From the NCBI GenBank assembly GCA_963717225.1, contig CAVQWB010000034.1, positions 65,407-129,406 of the forward strand: a stretch of 64,000 bases of DNA, written 5' to 3'. A model generated the notes under the pieces. That model saw nothing but the letters and a program-made list of their open reading frames with translations. It did no database searches and had not been told where the DNA came from. The stretch is from an uncultured Acidobacteriaceae bacterium. GTDB taxonomy: Bacteria > Acidobacteriota > Terriglobia > Terriglobales > Acidobacteriaceae. How positions within the stretch are numbered: the first letter of the stretch is position 1; the number at the start of each line of letters is the position of its first letter. Both the position numbers and the translations under genes were made by a program. Below are positions 60,067 through 64,000 of the stretch, one piece after another.

Positions 60067-60944
60067 CCCTCAACCAGGAGAGCGGTGGCGAGCGCAACCA
60101 ACAGCGCCTGCAGAAAATCGTTGCCGCAGCCGGGATCGCATCGCGGCGTAAGGCGGAGGAGTTGATTACCTCAGGCCGGGTGCAGGTCAATGGCCAGAAG
60201 GTGACCGAGCTGGGCTCGAAGGCCGATCCGGAACGAGACCATATCCGCGTCGACGGCAAGCTGCTCAAGAAACCGCAACAATTTCGCTACTTCATGCTCA
60301 ACAAGCCCAAGGGCGTGGTCACCACCGTCTCCGATCCCGAGGGGCGTCCAACGGTGATGAAGTTTTTCGCCCGCGCCGGAGCTCGCGTCTTTCCGGTTGG
60401 CCGGTTGGATTATCAAAGCGAAGGCCTGCTGTTGATGACCAACGACGGCGAGCTGGCCAATATCCTGACCAGTGCGGCCTCCCAGGTGGAAAAAACCTAC
60501 CTGGTAAAAGTCAGCGGCAAACCCACGGAGCAAGAGCTGGAGCAACTGCGCCGCGGCGTGATGATTGAACGTGGCCGGCGAGGGGAACGGGAGGGCCGCG
60601 TGATGACCCAACCAGCCAGGATTAATCTGGTCCGCGACACCGACAATCCCTGGTACGAGGTGGTCTTGACCGAAGGCAAGAACCGCGAGATTCGCAAAAT
60701 GTTTGAGGAAGTAGGCCATTTTGTCGAGAAGGTCCGGCGGGTTGGTTTTGGGCCACTGGTTCTCGATGTGGAACCGGGTGAAATGCGCGAGCTCAATGAG
60801 GACGAAGTGACCAAACTGAAGCGGGCATCGCGCAGAAAGGCAACTTTGCCACAGCAGCCTCAGAAACCGGCCCGCCGCCCCAGGTCGGGACCGGCCACGC
60901 TACCCCGCCCGGTTCGCAAGCGCGCCCCGGCACGGCGACCCTAG
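60063..60944 (+). CDS. rluB: 23S rRNA pseudouridine synthase B-like (RsuA/RluB family, S4 domain)
   Basis: RLQKIVAAAGIASRRKAEELITSGRVQVNG (S4 domain), VFPVGRLDYQSEGLLLMTNDGELA (catalytic Asp), KTYLVKV, and a basic C-terminal tail. Confidence 0.87.
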   Translation: MTLNQESGGERNQQRLQKIVAAAGIASRRKAEELITSGRVQVNGQKVTELGSKADPERDHIRVDGKLLKKPQQFRYFMLNKPKGVVTTVSDPEGRPTVMKFFARAGARVFPVGRLDYQSEGLLLMTNDGELANILTSAASQVEKTYLVKVSGKPTEQELEQLRRGVMIERGRRGEREGRVMTQPARINLVRDTDNPWYEVVLTEGKNREIRKMFEEVGHFVEKVRRVGFGPLVLDVEPGEMRELNEDEVTKLKRASRRKATLPQQPQKPARRPRSGPATLPRPVRKRAPARRP

Positions 60945-61130
60945 GCGGCGGATGGAAACCTGCTTTTCCCATCCCGCTTTTCTTATCTCGCTTTTCTGAT
61001 CTGATGACTGGCGGAGTGTTTATGGAGACAGCAACATCTGGCGCCGGACGCTTTTGGGGAGTCGAGGCTCGCGGCGCGCTCTCCTGCCATATCTAACCAT
61101 CACGCCGGCTCCCACTATGACGTCCTCATT

Positions 61131-62271
61131 GTGGGGGCCGGCGCTGCTGGCCTGTTCTGCGCCATGCATGCCGGCCGTGGCGGCCGTCGCGTTCTCCTGC
61201 TCGAGCATGCCCCTCGCATTGGCAAGAAGATCCTGATCTCAGGTGGAGGCCGCTGTAACTTCACCAATCTCCACACCACGGCCGAGAACTTCCTCTCAGC
61301 GAATCCTCACTTTGCCAAGTCCGCGCTGGCCCGCTACACCCCGACGGACTTCCTGGAGTTGGTAGAGAAGCACCAGATCCCCTGGCACGAGAAGAAGCTT
61401 GGGCAGCTCTTTTGCGACCGGGCTGCCACCGACATTGTTTCCATGCTGGAGCAGGAGTGCGCCGCGGCCGGTGTAACCATTCAGTTGGCGACGCCTGTTC
61501 GAGAAGTGACCCATCACGAGGGTTTCCATTTAAGCACTGACCGCGGTGTCTTCTCCGGACGATCTCTGGTCATCGCTACCGGAGGTCTATCCATTCCGAA
61601 AATGGGGGCCACCCCGTTTGGCTATCAGGTCGCGCAGCAATTTGGTTTGGCGCTGCAACCATGCCGGCCGGCGCTGGTGCCTCTCACTTTCGCAACCGAG
61701 GATCTCAATCGCTATGCAGACCTGGCCGGGGTCTCGACCGAGGTGGTGGTGTCTGCCGGCGCCGGGCGCTTTCGGGAAAAGCTCCTCTTTACCCACCGTG
61801 GCCTAAGCGGGCCGGCCGTACTCCAGGTCTCCTCTTATTGGCAGCCTGGTCAAGCTCTAGTGGTCGATCTTGCGCCAGACCAGCTCTGGACCGCCGGCTT
61901 TCTCGCGCAGCGCACGCCAGTGGGCGCCCGAACCGCACTCCGCGACCTTCTTCCCCACCGCCTTGCCGACCGCTGGCTGGAGTTGCAGCCGCTCTCCGCT
62001 TGGACCAACCGAGGTATCGAAGAAGCGGAGAGGGCGCTCCACTCCTGGACCCTCTATCCTGCCGGGCACCGAAGGCTACGAGAAGGCGGAAGTCACAGCA
62101 GGTGGTGTGGACACGGCAGAGCTGAGCGCACGGACGATGGAAAGCCGCAGGGTTCCAGGGCTCTACTTTATTGGCGAAGTGGTTGATGTGACCGGGCATC
62201 TCGGCGGCTTCAATTTCCAGTGGGCCTGGGCCTCAGGCGCGGCTGCGGGCCGTGCACTGGCAGGTCTCTGA
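61131..62271 (+). pseudogene. HI0933/YhiN(BaiN)-family NAD(P)/FAD-dependent oxidoreductase, one +1 frame break and unresolved start
   Basis: The dinucleotide fold HYDVLIVGAGAAGLFCA begins upstream of the only in-frame start (GTG 61131). ISGGGRCNFTN is present. The C-terminus GYEKAEVTAGGVDT...VPGLYFIGEVVDVTGHLGGFNFQWAWASG lies in ORF 61870..62271. The junction is at about 62064-62070. Confidence 0.8.
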
Positions 62272-62489
62272 GTCAGCGCGTCATCTGCGCGACGGGGCGA
62301 GGAGCAGCTTCTGGGATGAGTCGATGTGAATTTATCTCTTTCCTATCGTCCATGCCAACCACTTTGGAACGACAGTATCGCTGAAGCTGCAGACGAAGGA
62401 ATGATTTCACCTCTGCCTACCTATCTTGAAAAGCGCTGAACCCGGGCCGACTCTGCAGCCCGCACATCCCGCTCTGTGATGTTCACGCC

Positions 62490-63158
62490 CTATGTGCGCC
62501 ATGCCCTGGAGGTCGGCTCCGCAAACCACAGGCTAACCGACCAGAAAACCAGGATCAGCAAATAAACAGAGATGCGAAGGAACGAAAAGAAGATGTAGTC
62601 GCGCATCTCACGACCGGTAGTGAAATAGCCACCCCCGGCCAGCAGAGCAGCGGAATAGACACCGAATCCGAAGCTAATGGCTGCGACATGGCTGCGCCAT
62701 GACAGCCTCAAGGGGCGAAGAAGAAAAGCCAGGACGATTGCCCACTCCACCATGAGCACGGAGAGCAGGAAATGCATCAAAACCAAAATCGTGCGCAGTG
62801 ACGAGTGACCGGATGGGGCGAGACGCATGACGATGAGAACGCCGCTCCCGGCCAGCAGTAAGGGCAGGGTAAAGCGGCGAACGCCGCCCAGTTTCTCCAG
62901 GGCGTTCCAGGTGAGCTCAATAAGTACAGCACACTGGAGCAGAATGTCCGTCACGTCGATGATCATGGACGCGAAGAGGGGGGCAGGATGACCGGAAACC
63001 CGTAGCGCCGCTGCCAGCCCCACTGAGCGCACCAGGTAAAAAATGATCAACAGGGTGAACCAGGGAAACCGCCCAACACGCTTGCGTGTGAAAAGTACGG
63101 TGAGAAGTAGCAAATGTCCGAGGAGCCCAGCGGCCCAGATCAGATGGTTTATCATCAA
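62490..63158 (-). CDS. integral membrane protein, unknown function
   Basis: 222-aa ORF with about seven hydrophobic helices. No family recognised. Confidence 0.5.
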   Translation of the reverse strand: MMINHLIWAAGLLGHLLLLTVLFTRKRVGRFPWFTLLIIFYLVRSVGLAAALRVSGHPAPLFASMIIDVTDILLQCAVLIELTWNALEKLGGVRRFTLPLLLAGSGVLIVMRLAPSGHSSLRTILVLMHFLLSVLMVEWAIVLAFLLRPLRLSWRSHVAAISFGFGVYSAALLAGGGYFTTGREMRDYIFFSFLRISVYLLILVFWSVSLWFAEPTSRAWRT

Positions 63159-63299
63159 TCCTTTTTTAGCTTGAGAATAATGGCTGGCCGGTCACCTATA
63201 TAGTCTAAGACTTGGATTTTTGTTTTGCGGATCAGGAATTAGCCCTTTTGGGTGAACGGCGCGAACGAATTCGTCATCTCAGTAAAACAAGGATTCGTT

Positions 63300-63718
63300 A
63301 TGCTCCGCAGTAACGCCGATCTGACAACGAATTCGAAGGGTCTCTCGCTGGAACCGGTATCCCTTCGGATCGTGCGGCCTACTTGACCCGTAATCTGAGA
63401 GCAGGCGGTGCAATTGTCACCGTACGTGATGCTGATCGGGTCCCGGAAGCAGAGCAAATTTTGTCTTCCAATGGTGGCAAGGTGCGCTACCAATCGAGCG
63501 ACATTGCAATTACACGGAACATTCGTCGCGCGGTGGTCAAGGATAAATCCCTCTCCACGGCAGCACATAACGTAACCATCATCACCAAAGACGGCAAGGT
63601 AACTTTGAAAGGCCGGGTCAAGTCAGATTCGGAAAAGCAAACCGTCGAGTCTGCTGCGGCCAGTATTGCCGGTGCGGGTGATGTCGACAATCAATTGACT
63701 ACGAGTGGTGCTCAGTAA
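63300..63718 (+). pseudogene. stress-type protein with N-terminal GIPxxxAxxY...GG.IVTV motif and C-terminal BON domain, net -1 frame break
   Basis: AAGGA lies 6 nt before ATG 63300. The sequence continues in the track ORF frame (63383..63718) as SDNEFEGSLAGTGIPSDRAAYLTRNLRAGGAIVTVRDAD ... VVKDKSLSTAAHNVTIITKDGKVTLKGRVKSDSEKQ (BON). The junction is near 63311-63325. Confidence 0.6.
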
Positions 63719-63743
63719 GGCGAGCGACAAAAGGAGAACAGAT

Positions 63744-64000
63744 ATGGCAGGACATTCGATCTTCGGAATTTACACGCCGTCAGGGTGTGGAGGCAGCCGT
63801 ACAAGCGCTTAGGGATGCGAATTTTCGCAGCTCGGACATCTCCGTCCTGGCCCCGGAAAATCTCGGCGGCATACGCGATATCGGCACTGTTAAAAGTACC
63901 AAAGCACCCGAAGGTGCGACCGCTGGAGGAACCTCCGGGGCGGTCGTGGGTGGGGTGCTCGGATGGCTCGTGGGTGTCGGGGCGCTGGCGATTCCGGGTG
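63744..64000 (+). pseudogene. general-stress-type membrane protein (5' part; runs off the window), one +1 frame break
   Basis: ATG 63744 gives MAGHSIFGIYTP. The sequence continues one frame over as QGVEAAVQALRDANFRSSDISVLAPEN...KAPEGATAGGTSGAVVGGVLGWLVGVGALAIPG. The junction is at about 63778-63781. This gene is not in the ORF track because it is open at the window edge. Confidence 0.55.

Noticed and set aside
61022-61131. ATG 61022 as the true start of the HI0933-like oxidoreductase
   Set aside because: It is in a different frame and stops at 61094-61096. The conserved HYDVLIVGAG strand is in frame with GTG 61131 but has no canonical start upstream of it. A further indel near the 5' end is possible but cannot be resolved from the sequence alone.
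1163-63790. Programmed ribosomal frameshifting, transcriptional slippage or genuine genome decay as the cause of the 17 frame breaks
   Set aside because: The sites share no slippery heptamer or long poly-A/T tract. They hit unrelated housekeeping genes, are strongly biased to +1, and are mostly in 2-4 nt homopolymers. The genes show no other degradation. Consensus error is simpler, but this remains unverified without reads.
1-64000. tRNA, rRNA, tmRNA, RNase P or riboswitch genes in the longer intergenic gaps
   Set aside because: I scanned the gaps by eye for T-loop (GGTTCGAAT-like) and other hallmark motifs and found none outside coding regions. The gaps are occupied by repeats. A covariance-model scan (Infernal/Rfam, tRNAscan-SE) would be needed to be sure.

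Overview
This is a 64-kb chromosomal segment of moderately high GC. Its gene content and repeats look like an Acidobacteriota (Terriglobia-like) genome; that taxonomic call is inference from motifs, not a search.

Gene content:
- Four large TonB-dependent receptors (TBDRs) with N-terminal carboxypeptidase-regulatory-like domains.
- A translationally coupled hemE-hemH-hemY haem cluster.
- An AddA/AddB-type helicase-nuclease pair.
- ndk-sucD-sucC, trpD, and trpS-scpA ... scpB-rluB.
- Transporters of the OPT, EamA, ABC and PiT families.
- Peptidases (oligopeptidase B, M50), a LacI regulator, an RsbV/RsbW-like partner-switching pair, a TPM-LemA pair, and several stress or unknown-function proteins.

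I recognised no rRNA, tRNA, CRISPR array, transposase, integrase or phage genes.

Two things are not explained by ordinary gene annotation:
1. There are 17 single-base frame disruptions in 13 well-conserved genes, and 15 of them are net +1. They are most likely consensus indel errors rather than biology. They create misleading split ORFs and an apparent HemH-HemY fusion.
2. Almost every intergenic gap longer than about 150 bp is filled with modular palindromic REP/MITE-like repeats of at least four families. This includes a 1.3-kb gene-free repeat mosaic at 12.36-13.66 kb.

The best candidates for real, under-described biology are these:
- A putative periplasmic metal (copper-type) acquisition module at 19.9-24.0 kb.
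- A same-strand LacI-TBDR-TPR-RsbW-RsbV cluster at 41.3-48.4 kb.

I did not find a convincing novel multi-gene system such as a defence island. All product calls rest on motif recognition by eye; no searches were run.
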